NCBI GenBank assembly: GCA_040954595.2
Contig: CM082583.2
Coordinates: forward strand, 4,039,060 to 4,103,059
Direction: 5' to 3'
From: Balanoglossus misakiensis
Taxonomy: Eukaryota > Animalia > Hemichordata
DNA: 64,000 nt
Shown: piece after piece, positions 51,210 to 64,000 of the stretch
How the letters are laid out: every line of letters starts with the position of its first letter
How positions within the stretch are numbered: position 1 is the stretch's first letter
Position numbers and translations under genes: made by a program
The notes under the pieces: model-generated
Database searches by the model: none
Told to the model about the DNA's origin: nothing
The model's input: only the letters and a program-made list of their open reading frames with translations

Positions 51210-51812
51210 TACAGAGGAATGAGCCTCAAAAATTGTCTCATATTTTGCTCAAGGCAACTATAGATTATTTTCTCTTAAAATTGAGAATGAAAGATATGGG
51301 TCACCATGCAAAAGTTTGAATGAGAGAACAAAGTTGCTTCAAATCATCTTAAAATTGAAATTCAAAATGGACGCCAATCTCTGTGTTAACTCTGTGAAGA
51401 AAATTTACAGTAGTCATTTTAAGGACTCCTCATACACTTTGATATCGCAAAAAAAAATTGATAGGTTTTGGACTATGATTTTTCTGAAAATCTGTCAACG
51501 AGGCAAACTGCACAATTGTCATTTTCAGCAAATTTTACACATAGCTTAGTCAAATAAATAAAATCATATGGTCACCATGCTCTTTTTGAGATTAACTTTG
51601 TTAAATTTTTTGCCCATAGATAAACCATTGGTGAATAAATTCTTGACTCGGCAGTTTTCTTCATTATCGAATAAAATCATGGCCTTGTATTTCGAAAACA
51701 AGCACGGTGACCCCTATAAGACTACATTTTATCACAGATTTTCATTACAGGAGAATGAAAATCCATAATTAAAAGAAATTACAATACTTTCAATTTTACC
51801 GATCGTGCATCC
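51210..51812. mobile_element. Probable eroded TTAA-type non-autonomous DNA element
   Basis: Right end ...GTGCATCC|TTAA; internal inverted motifs GGGTCACCATGC (about 51298) and GCACGGTGACCC (about 51702); left terminus unclear. Confidence 0.4.
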
Positions 51813-52466
51813 TTAAAGCACGTACATGTAAAAACATGCAATTTGATTTTGAGGAAAGATTCAAGTCTCAACAAAAATACACCAGAGGGTGATATGGTTA
51901 AAGCAGTCAGATATTATATTATAAGAATAGAATTGACCTATACAATAACTGATAAAACATCATTGTATTTCAAGGTTTCGTTATGAGACAGTTTAACCAT
52001 ATATTCATTTAGAAGCCTCACTACAGAAAAAACTCAAGGCTTTTCGAAGGACAAGTTTGTCTAGACCACACATTTTTTTTTAAAGAAGAAACGTGACAAA
52101 AATGAAGTTAAGCTTTTTTGGGTTAATATTATATTTACCAGTCAGACTGCACACATCTCAGCGTGCGAAAGAAAGAAAATGGATTCATTTTTTCCGATTT
52201 GATAGCTGCATGCAGAGATGCAGTGGAACATTGTATGTCATGACTAAACATTTCTCGCACATCTTTTTCCATATATTTGATTCTGGATTACAATCACTTC
52301 ATGTTTGACTATTCCTTGCAACTGTTTTTGTCAAGAAGACTGACAAAACATATATATGCGAGAGGACTAACCATTTCAAGAAGATCCTTTTTGAAGTACC
52401 ACACTGTCACATTTTTGTAGGCAGAATCACACACGTCATCATCAGTTCATGTACATGTACATTTAA

Positions 52467-52550
52467 TCCTTTCATCCCTGTTTACCTCTTCAGAGATCCA
52501 ACTTTACAATAGAAAAGAACGGATTTGGACTAAACCATGGTGGTGAGGGG
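52467..52550. mobile_element. About 85-bp piggyBac-like MITE
   Basis: Flanked by TTAA; reverse-oriented relative of 56916-57000; a further partial copy lies near 47295-47350. Confidence 0.65.
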
Positions 52551-55500
52551 TTAAATCACCAATATAGCTTTGGTATGAATTCTCTTTCTGACATATACCA
52601 CTGATAATTAACAGGCTTCCACCCCCTCCCCCCCCCACCCCCCACACACACAATGAATAACCACTGCAAAAGCTCTTTCATATTTTCAATAAAAATCCAT
52701 TGCCGACCAATAAACCGCAACAGCCAAGATATGATTTGCAACTATAGCAAACACTCTTCCACACATTTCCTGCCACTGAATCGAGACATTTCCTTGTCTC
52801 TTTTCAGTAATACGAAAGCTTTTTAAATTCTCTACGAAACTAGTTTCATATACATGTACTTTATTATTTGTCATTTATTGTACCATATCAATAATCCTTT
52901 CCCGTCAAAGTGGATGAGGTACATATACTATGATGCTATCAATATGGAATTGTTACGAAAACATATGGTGCACAACTAGAATACCATGTCAATAATAATG
53001 CTGCAGTACTTCTGTGCATACAGACATTCATGCATTGCACATCAAGCAATCCATAAAAGCAGAACACAAAACGCGGTCACTGCACATGACAAAAATAATG
53101 CAACGATCATCAAAAATGCTATTATCAGACAGGGTTGTATATATGTAACAGTCAGTTGCCGACAAAATCGTTGGCTGCTTTTATAAAGTGCACACTCCCA
53201 CCTACACTGTAATGTGGCTACACCGGCCCCACAGTTTCCATCCCTTGTCAATTTTAATTACTATAATACTGACTTACTTCAATGAGTCCCTGCTCCTGTT
53301 TTATGATATGTATATCTACATAATATTTTATCACACACAAATTCACAATATGCTTCAGTATATTACCATATAGTCCTCCACCTTTAAATCTGATAGAGCC
53401 TTTATGATAAGCATATTCGCAGGGAATATATGCATGTGACATGTCCCCGTAATAAAACAATATTGTGTTAAAGTATTTTGATAACTTGCCATAGACTCAC
53501 TGCACGACCCATCATACCTGAATAAAATAAGGTGTTCATTTTGAGATCAATCTGTGTTCAACTCATCAATAATTAATACACAATATACACACATATCATA
53601 CAGACAGACAGTGAGCTCAGACTGGCGACTCAGGGATGTTTAATTAATTAATATGCTTTTAGGAGTTATAACTTCTATTGTATTACAAGATTAAATATAG
53701 ATAGCTGCAATAGAGGTACAAAAACAGTCCTAGTCAATGATTAATGATAGAATGATTGGTGCCTATGTATGATGCATGTTCATTTCAGGTTCTGTGTGTT
53801 ATCCAGCCAAACAAGAATCGAACATTTACTATCTCCTTTATGTATATATCATGTAGTTCCAAACTGTCTTCAACAAATAATTAATATTGTGGGACGCTAC
53901 ATGTTAAATTTTGATGTACTAAAAACCCTGTAATTTGAACGCAAAACTGACGGTAGTAGAAGATCCTTGTGTATCTTATTATTTATGATCTCGATGTCTG
54001 TACTTTTGAAACACCTTCGTTCACGTGGCAAGGAAATAGAAACACATTTTACTGTCAGAATGACAAGTATTTGATCCACAAACAATGCCCATGGACAACC
54101 AATGTACCACTTTATAGCTGAAAAAGGGCAAAGATTTATACAAACCAAAGATATGAATAACTGATCTGAGAATTCTTAAAACAACTTATGTGTGGTTTTT
54201 CGTATGGAGTTGATTTTAGCTGCAAACACAACACAGGCCTTAGAACACCAACCTTCATCAATTTGGTAATGTTCAATCAATCATTTTCTTCATATGGCAA
54301 AAATTTTGATTGAATGGGTAACGCGTACCAACAAAATGAGACAGATGAGCCATATACAAAAATATATATTTAAGTTCACTGAAAAAACATCATCACTAAA
54401 CTCAAAATTTTATGACATATTGCTACATATAGCCTGAAGCAAATGTTGTCCAAACATGTCATTTCATGTAATTTATGGCAATGAGATGTAGGAGCCACCA
54501 AAAGAATATTTCTATCAATACATATAATGTAGGACTTTGTTGTTTCGTTATTTATTATGATAACTGCGATATTATTCAAACTGTATGGCAAATTAACTTC
54601 ATGTGTCTTTTTGTGACGTGTGAAATATTTTTTTTTTTGGACAAATTCGGTCAGATTGTTTACTCTGAAACCCATCAAAATTCAGCTATCATATGTTACT
54701 GACACAACATTGAACATGTCATCGAATCTGGAAATTGACAATACTCTATCAGAATGCAAATGTAGCAAGTTACATATGCATATACTGACACAGTGATAGG
54801 CAGATCTGCCCTACTTTTTTTGCTATTGATCTCACCTTGAATGCTTTCAGCGTGTGGTATCACTGACAAATTATTGCACTAATCCACTTACTTAAAGATC
54901 TTCCGTTTCAGATACATTCCCTCCAATTGCATAAATTATTTCCATGAATGAGTATCCTTCTAATTCTATGCAGACTCCCGCCGACTAGCACAGCGCTGCA
55001 AGTGTATTAAACACGGCTTCCAAATTTTAAGTAGAACTAGTTTTTCATATTTGTGTTTAAAAATAAAAGTACATTTAATATAGCATAACCTAGAGGAGAT
55101 TTCATTTGCATTTTAATGTTGCTCTTTCTCAGGTGGGATTTTACATCCGGAATAACGGCATCCCACACCACCCATGTTAATCACAGTGAAATCTTGGTCT
55201 CAGCAAGTGCTCATATTCAGGTACTTCCACAATTAGAACCTGGCTGTGTGTACTGTATTACATTTCTGGCTTCAATATGATCTGTACCCATGGACATCAA
55301 TGACTTCTCCTGTTCAACACATTTCTTTGGAGTTTACACTCTTCAGTTGTCTTGACAGATATCAGGGAAATATGTATGCACTGAAATACTGCAGTAGTTA
55401 AAACTTATAGACTAAATAGTTTCCTTGCTACTCTACTGAAGATAAATGATTTACAGTTTTAAATGGTGATTTTTGGAACAATGTGTTTAACAGACAATAG

Positions 55501-56915
55501 GTAAATGTTATCATCTTCTATCTAGTCATATATTCAAGGTCCAAATTAATAAATCGGTCTAAACTGATAAACAAGTCCAATCCAATCTGTGAAAAGACAG
55601 AAACGTTATTCACATTTGTCAAACCGTACAGTCAGAAACCCTATTACAGAAAACTATATTGTTATATTACACAACTACATGTTCAGGCACACAGAAGGCA
55701 AACAGGCACATATGCTTGTTTTGTTTTAGTGACTCTCCAAAAACAACTACACCTTGAAGGAAGTTTTCAACAACAAAAACACAGCCTCAGATTCTAGCCT
55801 CTGGGGAGGTTGGTTTTCAGCTTTCGAGCGGAGAATAAATTATTCATCTTGGACTGGAAACTAAAACCTGGCAAAAACCAAAATATCACCTGAGGAAATT
55901 GTATGTAAACATGAGTGGGCGTGGGAGCCCAACATCTCACATTTTGACATTTCCCATGGCGACAGAGAAGAATGCGGTTTGACGCTGGCGTTCTATGGAG
56001 CTCACACCTGGCACCACAAAGCCTGTAACTTCACACCAAATTGGTTTTTGGTGAAACCATAACACTTGGCTGCATCTTTTTTGTGTGACTTGATCCGAAC
56101 GTATTTGAAAATCAATCAATACGCTCGGCTCTGCAGTACAAGCCATGAATTAAAGCAATAACACAAGTATTGTCAATATCACGCCAACACCACAGACCCG
56201 AGCTGCAAATAAAATAATACAAAAAGAGCTTGAAATTCATGGTCATGTATTCTATCTGACTTGTGAGTAATTCGTTTAAAACAGTGTATCATTCTTGTAT
56301 ATGTCAATGAATCATTTTATTATTAAATTTAAAATGCACATGCACGTATCACGGATGACAGATGAAAAAGGTCAACTGCTGGACAAACTCTTCTAGTTTT
56401 GAATTGAAAGGCCAACATGCACAGTTTTTCTCAGTTGTTACCATGGTTACCAGCGATGTCTCCATAGCAACAAGCCTCAGCAACACAACATTCACGACAA
56501 TGACATGAAACATGGTTGTAAAAATCATCAAAGCCGGTTGAACACACTGGAACATGTTTCCAATCAACAAACCCATTATCCAGCCTGTTCACAAGCGATG
56601 GAGATTTTCCTGCGAGTGACTGTTTCAATGGTCCACTCCGCTATCGCCCTATCTTGCCTGTCTGGTGGAATTCAAGCACATATTTTGTATCAAGATGGCC
56701 TCATATAATATTTACACACTGCAAACCAATAACATAAACTTGTAAAACATCACACACTGACTAAGGCACAGAAGCAACGCAGTGTTGGGAATGTTAAAAT
56801 CGTGTTTGGGGTCGAAAATGGAGGATGGTTCAATTGTGCTTTTCAATATTTACAGTGATAAACTCGCTTGCATTGCTGCTCCCATCCCAGGAGTAATACC
56901 ATACGCAAGAATTAA

Positions 56916-57000
56916 CCTTTCCATCACCATGGTTCAGTCCAAACCCATTGTTTTCTATGGTAAGGTTGGACCTCTATACAGGGAACTGTGAATGAAAGGG
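56916..57000. mobile_element. About 85-bp piggyBac-like MITE
   Basis: TTAA|CCTTTC...CACCATGGTTCAGTCCAAACCCATT...GAAAGGG|TTAA. Confidence 0.7.
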
Positions 57001-58038
57001 TTAAGGTAGCCTGCGAGATTTGTGACAACACATTTTAAATCGCAAATTATTTGGTCAAATAAATTTTTTAGACCAAAGAGTTGAATTGTTACAGAGCTCT
57101 TTCTACGAATTTTACATTTACATCATGTCATCAAAATTTTTCGTACCGGAAGTGTGTATTTGTTTTGCGTCTTCAAATGATGGCTTTAAGAATGTTTACT
57201 TGAAAAAGCATAACTATCACCGAACATAACTGATCATTGCTTTAACATTCAGAGACTTGTTTATACTCTCAGCAAAAAACCATGGCCAAGTACTTGTCTT
57301 TTCAAATTTTACGGTGAAAAAAAGTAAATTTGGGAATTTGGAATGAAATACCCACATGAACCTCACAAGCTCCACAGTCAACTGTTGTTGACTTACTCCC
57401 GTACGAACATCGTTCCAGCTGTGTACACGTCCATACCCACAGGCGCTTCACACATCGTTGCATTGATGCCTTCGTGTTGCACACAGTAGCAACATGCGGA
57501 GCACCTGTCTCCATAGCAATAACAATGTGTGTTCAGATCCTTGGTTTGTCACAGATGTATAGTATCAATAACTCAAAATCCGCTACTATTAAAAAAAGCT
57601 TCAACTGGAGCCATATACCGTGAATGGAAGATTCGGTCAAACGCTTTGCCAGCTGTCACCGTGATTTGAGATCTATGTTGTTTACTCAGTCACAACTATC
57701 AATTGATTATCCTGTAATGTAATGCAAGTAGTCTGTGATGTCACTAGTTTCAAATGGGGAAAAAAAAGCTGAACAAAAAGTATAAAGTCAACATATTTTT
57801 TTATTAACATTCTGCAAGGTTTGTGTGCATCACCAATTGTCTTGGCTAGTATAGAGTACCGGTATGTTGGAATCAATTCCCATAGACATTCTTCCAATAC
57901 TTGGTTTACTCAAAAATAAATATTGCATACTGACTACTGCAAGTGTGGTCCCTGGACACCAGATGTTGTAAATGTTCCATAGCAGCAGTGGATGAGTGCA
58001 TAGGAATATAGGGATATGTATTTCACTTATTTAATTAA

Positions 58039-58392
58039 AGGGACAAAGTCTCTCTCTCGCTGCCCTTTTTTCCATTAATTATATTTGATACAAGACACCG
58101 GTTGTTATTCTACATGTGGATATATAGTGAATCAACGTTCAACCACACACAACTTCCATCCTTCTTATAGACACGAGAGTGAAAGAACTCGCCAAAATGA
58201 ATAAATCGTTCTTTACCATTTATTCATTTTGGGCAAGTTTTTACTCCATATCATACAAGTGGGATGGAAGTTTTGTGTGGTTGATCATTGATTCACTATA
58301 TATCCACATGTACATGTACATTAACATAAACAGTGTCTTGTATCAAACATAATTAATGGAAAAAAGGGCAGCGAGAGAGAGACTTTGTCCCT
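58039..58392. mobile_element. Kolobok-like palindromic MITE family A (opposite orientation to 42699)
   Basis: TTAA TSD at 58035-58038 and 58393-58396; same TIR. Confidence 0.9.
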
Positions 58393-58396
58393 TTAA

Positions 58397-58742
58397 AGGG
58401 ACATTAGCTGTAAATTTTGGATTATTTTAAGTATTTTTGTTCTGTGTACCAAATGCAATTTCTTGTTATATGCCAAACAGCATGCTAATATTCCCAGTAC
58501 TCTGCTTTTCAACATAGACTGTATGTGTGTAACAACCATTGTTATCGTTGACAAATGAATTCTAGTCCGGAGTTGAATTCAAATTTGGCACAATAACAAT
58601 GCTGACTATATACATATAGGTTGTGTTAATCAGCTGGATACCAGTCATTTTTTCATGTTTCTGGGATTTGAACAAGAAACGGCACTAGATACCCAAAACA
58701 AAAATACTGAAAACATAGCAAAAAGTTACAGCTAATGGAGCT
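58397..58742. mobile_element. Kolobok-like MITE family B abutting the family A copy
   Basis: TTAA|AGGGACATTAGCTGTAA ... TTACAGCTAATGGAGCT|TTAA; shares the TTAA at 58393-58396. Confidence 0.8.
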
Positions 58743-59919
58743 TTAAGGTTATGTGAAATTTTGTTCCAATTCTTCCTTTCAACAGTTTAAAGGGAAGCAG
58801 ATGAACTACATGCATCTGCAATCAAGCAGACTACATGACTCAGTGTTCTCCCCAGAACAAATTCAGGGTGATGGCCACCACATACTAATAAGGTGATGAT
58901 AGAACTAGTACGGTATCACAACAAGTATTACACAAATCAGTCACTACTCTATCAGAAAGTCTTGCAGTAGGCACTGATTCTTTAAGTAGGCAGTGATAAC
59001 AATGCATACGGTGCAATTTACAAGTACATGTAACCAACACTTACACGTTTAGTGCAAAAAGAGCGTTTACTTTTATCATATAGGTTTTTAGCCGTAAAAT
59101 TTTGTAAATCAATATTCCTCATTTTTCAAAGATAAAACTTTTGAAAACTTTCCACCTGCCTTCATCTGGGTATTATGCAAATTACAACATGTTTATGTTA
59201 CATATTACGTATATACCCAATTAAATGTACGAAGATTTTCTTGGTATCAGATTTCGTGTTGGTACTTGACATGAAATAACCCTTTGTAGAACTAGATAGA
59301 AGTCTCAAAACATTCTTCAATGTTTCTACTAAAACCACAGCCAGTATAATTTAATTACTGTAATAAAACAACGAAATATTTGAAACTACATGTACCATAA
59401 TGTGGATAAAAGTAAGTGATGTGGCAAATATATACTTCAGCTTGACTGACCTTGCGTGACCTTCTGGTAAAACCTCTCTATGATTTGTAAACAACTGAGT
59501 TCATTAAAACTTGTCAAAACATCTGTTTTATCAGCATGAGCTATGCTTATAAACCTGCTGTAGTGAGGCAGTGTTAACAGAAACCACAGACCTTATATAT
59601 GTCATACATCCATACAAGACAACTTAGTTTGTGCGTGAGGCTACAATCAACAGCTTGTTCAGTTCAGGGTGGACGACGCAGCATCATACTATATCAATTA
59701 TTAACTACGGCCATTAAACTATATCATTATGCGGCAAAAGAGATCTGAAATTGTTTTATGTATTTGACATCACGCGAGCAATAAATCTTACACTTACCAT
59801 GGTCTTTTTAAAATTCCATGTAACTAACACTGGCAGATAAATATAGGCTGACACTAGTATGTATCAATGTTCAGAATGTATGATTTGTAATGGATAACAA
59901 AAAATTTGATAGGTCTAAT

Positions 59920-60301
59920 TCATTGGAATTTGGAAGTAACAATTTTATATGTAACCATTTTGTCAAGTTTTGCCCAAACACAACTGGGAATCAATTTTTT
60001 TTAACCTTCTACATGGTTAAATTTCTGCAAATCCAAAAATAAAATAAAAATAGAAGAAAACTGTGGAACCCGGTATGAAAAAAGTGTAAGCTCATTCAGT
60101 CCTTTACTTCTGCCTAATGACAGTATATCATTGGAATTTGGAAGTAAAAATTATAAATTTAACACAGTTTTGCAAAAAAATGTACACATGGAATTACACT
60201 TTATTTAACTTTGTAAAATTTCTGCATATCAAGTTAATAATAGAATACAATTGCAGAAGCTGGTATTAAAAAAGTGAGATCACTCATTTCACTTCTGCCT
60301 A
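59920..60301. repeat. Diverged two-copy tandem duplication (period about 208 bp)
   Basis: tcattggaatttggaagtaa at 59920 and 60128; shared aaatttctgca, ggtat.aaaaaagtg and acttctgccta blocks in the same order. Confidence 0.75.
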
Positions 60302-61144
60302 TAGCAACCTAAACTAGGCATCATTAAAAACAAAACCAGGATCTGGAATACCTCAAACAGTGATCAGCTAACATTGGCACTGTGACGGCCTGTATTTCAT
60401 TCGTTTATCAATATTTCCGTCGTTCAAACTGGATATGTGGCCAATATGTCCGAATCTTCCTTGCAGCATGATGTGAAATGAGATAATACTTTGAACAAGC
60501 AAATAAAAGACATCCTCAAAATGGTTCACCTTAAAATGTCTCACCCCACTGCCATACACAAGAGATAATTAGCCAGGAAAAACAACTCTGGAAATATTTT
60601 GACTAATTTCTGTCATCCTTTTTGAAACTCTCTCTGCTCTACATGTAATTAACAGCCTTGTGAGCTAGCATTTCCAGACTAGAATCTAGTTTGAGTTCTA
60701 GATTTTAGACTATAACCATTCTTTCCCAGGTTTCATTTGGTTTTTACACACCCACAACACACACCAATACATATTGAATCCATACCAGTATCATGACTTG
60801 ATGGTCTGCTGTAAATAACAGGTCATGTATCTCGGTAAACCCAATCTTTCAATTCAAACCTGCAATACAACTGAATGACAGGGTACTTGTATCAAACTAT
60901 TTTTAGTGCCACACACAATTCAGAAAACTGATGAGGTTGACATTTGGTATTTTCTGAACAGTGTTTTGGTTTTTTTTATGGCAAACCAAGGATGTTAGAC
61001 GAGTGCCTACAGCACACATTTTACAACACAAACTGAAACAGATGGTCCTGTCAAAGCAACATACAACTTTACCCAGAAGTATTTTCTGTAGTAGATATTA
61101 TATTTTTGGAACCTTTAGGAAATAAATACCTGCAACACTAAATA

Positions 61145-61302
61145 CTGTAAAACGGGAAATCTTCGCGATATCAAAACAGACCAATTTTATGCAATAATTA
61201 ATTTTCGCGTTCTCAAATTTCACTGCATCCTTATCTCTGAAGAACATTTTTACGCGAACTTTTTATTTTTCGCGTTTTGGGGGCTCTCGCATAGTTTTAC
61301 AG
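61145..61302. mobile_element. Degenerate copy of the CTGTAAAAC MITE family
   Basis: TA|CTGTAAAAC...attaattttcgcgttctc...ttcactgcatc.ttatct...GTTTTACAG, as in 50394. Confidence 0.65.
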
Positions 61303-61540
61303 TTGACTGCTAGTAACTTGCACACAGTTATTAACAGTTTACATCAGATCTCATGTGAAATTAAAGACAATAGTACTTGCCAGCCATATAGCATCTATTT
61401 TAAAAGACAAATATCCCATTTATCTAAATTTTCATTAATTTCCTACTAATTCATGCCCACGAAATGATTAACAAGCTTGGAGCAATACAAATATATAAGA
61501 TGATTACTTTCATTCAGCTTTCACTAACCAAATTCTGGTG

Positions 61541-61614
61541 AGTGAATGAGGGAATGAATGAATGAATGAATGAATGAATGAATGAATGAATGAATGATTA
61601 ATGAATGAATGAAT
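61541..61614. repeat. (GAAT)n microsatellite
   Basis: Directly visible. Confidence 0.93.
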
Positions 61615-62770
61615 GTGTGTTTACTTGTAACATATGCATGGATGTACATGTATGTAGTATACATGTATATAAACATGCATTTACTGTTTTTGTAGTTCGT
61701 ATAAACACTATGGATACTCTATTCACTTGCAAAATCTCATGTCATCTCATCTCACAGTGATGGATTGCATCAGTACAGCTTATGACAACCTGTGTGTTGT
61801 GTTTCTTCCTTGTCCGTGAAGAAGAGACTGCACTGTCCTTGACTAGAATTAGAATGTTCTATCCTTGACTAGGATGCAATTATATGTACTCACGATCGTC
61901 TTTGAAAAGAGAGAAAAAAACAGGTCCATTACCAATATACATGTACAAGTTAAGAGAACTGTTCACATTCTCTGTAACAATCTTTGTAAATGGGTATCGA
62001 ACATAAAAGGGGATAGTTATGGGCTATCACTTAATTACAAAGCTTGATTGAGTAATTATAATCAGCATACAAATCACCTTTTCCAAGTATTGCACTTAAC
62101 CTAAAAGCCAGAATAAGCACAAAATCTCTTTTGCTGCGGAAAGTTCAAGATCCACGTTCACATGCAAATATCCCAAGGCTGGGTGGGCTTTAATAAACAT
62201 CAACAATACATTCGAGCTGATGGACGTCATTATTTACTGCGCATTCACATACTCCCACCATTCATCCAGCTGTGAATTGGCGCATTTCAATAAAGTTCTG
62301 CCCGACAATCCGTCAATTTCGCCCGATTCCAGCGCCGTGGTCGCGGCGTTCCGCGGCAAACAACCGCGTTCGGCGACCGCTGCCCAACCCCAATCCCACC
62401 AGGAGTTGTAAAAAGAAAGCAATTAAGAAACCGAATCTTTGACAGTCATTACGCGGCTTTCCACTTGACGCATTACGATCTGTTGCTAGGAGACCGAAGG
62501 ATGAGGAAGAGGAAAGAGGTGTATCTCAAATGTCCTCGGTGACGTTCCTCTAGGTCATCAAATTACCATCAACAGAAAACCCGTTGAGGATTGTCAGCAG
62601 GAAGCTTCAAACTCTGATTTACAACCTCCTAGCTTTTCTGAATGGCCACTCACAATGAAGACGTCTCAAAATCTTTGATTTTATATAAATGCCGTACATT
62701 TACGGGTAAAGTTTGGTGGTGTGTGATGAATCTGTTATTGTTAATCACAATATCTTAGACTAAAGTGCAG

Positions 62771-62900
62771 CAGTGTTCTCCCCAGGAATTTCTCTTACGG
62801 CATCGGTTAATTTACAAAAAAAACTGATTGTGTCCTTTGACATTGAATTTATAATATCAATGAATTCACAAAATAATGTATATGACGGGGGAGAACATTG
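62771..62900. mobile_element. Small hAT-like MITE remnant (CAGTGTTCTCCCC termini)
   Basis: CAGTGTTCTCCCCAG...GGGGAGAACATTG; related element at 63445-63593 and a solo end at 58841; no clear TSD. Confidence 0.55.
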
Positions 62901-63444
62901 AAATGAATTCTTTGGTTTGATTAAGAATTTTTTCAGTGATAAAAGCTAATTACTGAAATGTTCCGTTTGAATTTCAACCATGGTTAATACCAGAAAGGTT
63001 GAGATATTTGGCACTGTACTCTCAAGTTAGACGGTTACTGCATGTCCATGCCTAAATTTACATGTGTGTAGTACATTGTACTAAACTGACACCCTTTGGG
63101 CCTACATGCACTTCACAATCAGTGTTGTATCAGCTCTTGAGTGGATTTACAAATGCTTCTGATGTTCAATTCACGCAAAGAGTTCACTCAAGATATGGCG
63201 CAGCTGAAGCTCACATTCAAACATTACACACATGTGCCAGTATCTGAAATCTGGTTTAGCGTTTTTTCATGTATGATCTGCAGCAACTAGAGGAACTGAA
63301 AGCAGAGACACTTTCACAAGTAACTTAGCACCAAAGGAAAGCCTTCACAAAGCAGGACCGTTATAAAGTTGTCGATCGTAGTGGGAGTAAACGGTCATCA
63401 ACAGTTATGACTTGCAGATTCAAGCAAGTAAAATGTGTATTCAT

Positions 63445-63593
63445 TAGTGTTCTCCACAGGAATTTCTGGCAGAGTCGGGACTAATTTACAAAACAATATG
63501 AATAATTGTTATGTTAATGAGTTGTTATTGTTTTCCAAAAATTACATGTAGAGTTGGGGCCGCCACTCTCTGATTGCTCTGGGGAGAACACTG
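63445..63593. mobile_element. Small hAT-like MITE remnant
   Basis: TAGTGTTCTCCACAGGAATTTCT...CTGGGGAGAACACTG; shares aggaatttct and taatttacaaaa with 62771. Confidence 0.55.
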
Positions 63594-64000
63594 ACACATG
63601 ATTATAACATCTCCCTTGGGTCTAATGCTGGCTCACCTCAAATTCACAGAGTCAGCAAGGCAGTAGATATCTGTGAATGCGTATAAATCATACGAGAGGT
63701 CTATTCACCATAATCCATCTGGTCATGGGAACGCTGGCGGCAAACGTGACTGAGCAGCTCCGAGCAAAAATATGACAGGCACGAAATTGATTTCAGGTAA
63801 CCATGAAAAAAATCTGACATGTCCACAAGCAGTAGGGAAAATAGTGCACCTGATAAGCAAATACAATAAAATCTCTCAAGGGCGATTGGGGATTGACCTT
63901 GGCTGACCTTGATCAAACTTTAATACCCACCCCGTCTTTTTAAGGCGATCGTATGTTTATCTCAACACTGAATGATGAAAATGAGTGGGGTCACAGCTGA

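Noticed and set aside
62234-62422. Minus-strand ORF as SNX27 exon 1
   Set aside because: No PDZ sequence, and it ends in a stop rather than a phase-2 donor.

Overview
AT-rich animal genomic DNA. The repeat content suggests a marine invertebrate, possibly a hemichordate or other invertebrate deuterostome (inference). It holds two convergent intron-containing genes. (1) The 3' end of a KHDC4 (KIAA0907/BLOM7) orthologue on + strand, with exons from 1 to 4579 ending MPFWMAPN*, a probable poly(A) signal at 6728, and several candidate alternative or poison exons. (2) Nearly all of a sorting nexin-27 (SNX27) orthologue on - strand: 11 phase-consistent coding exons from 27412 down to 14805 and a 3' UTR of about 5 kb. 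Its PDZ-starting first exon is not in the window, so 27413-64000 is probably one intron of more than 36 kb. Between the two poly(A) sites lies a composite of (TATG)n microsatellite, a small MITE and about 23 copies of an 88-bp satellite. SNX27 introns contain a 5'-truncated L2/CR1-group LINE with TSD, many MITEs (TTAA Kolobok-like and piggyBac-like, TA Tc1/mariner-like, hAT-like) and clusters of RFX X-box-like motifs. The most notable observation is that this SNX27 ends in ...VFEDINDGDL*, matching the Retriever-binding C-terminal motif of SNX17/SNX31 that human SNX27 lacks. All homology calls are from recalled protein motifs, not database searches.
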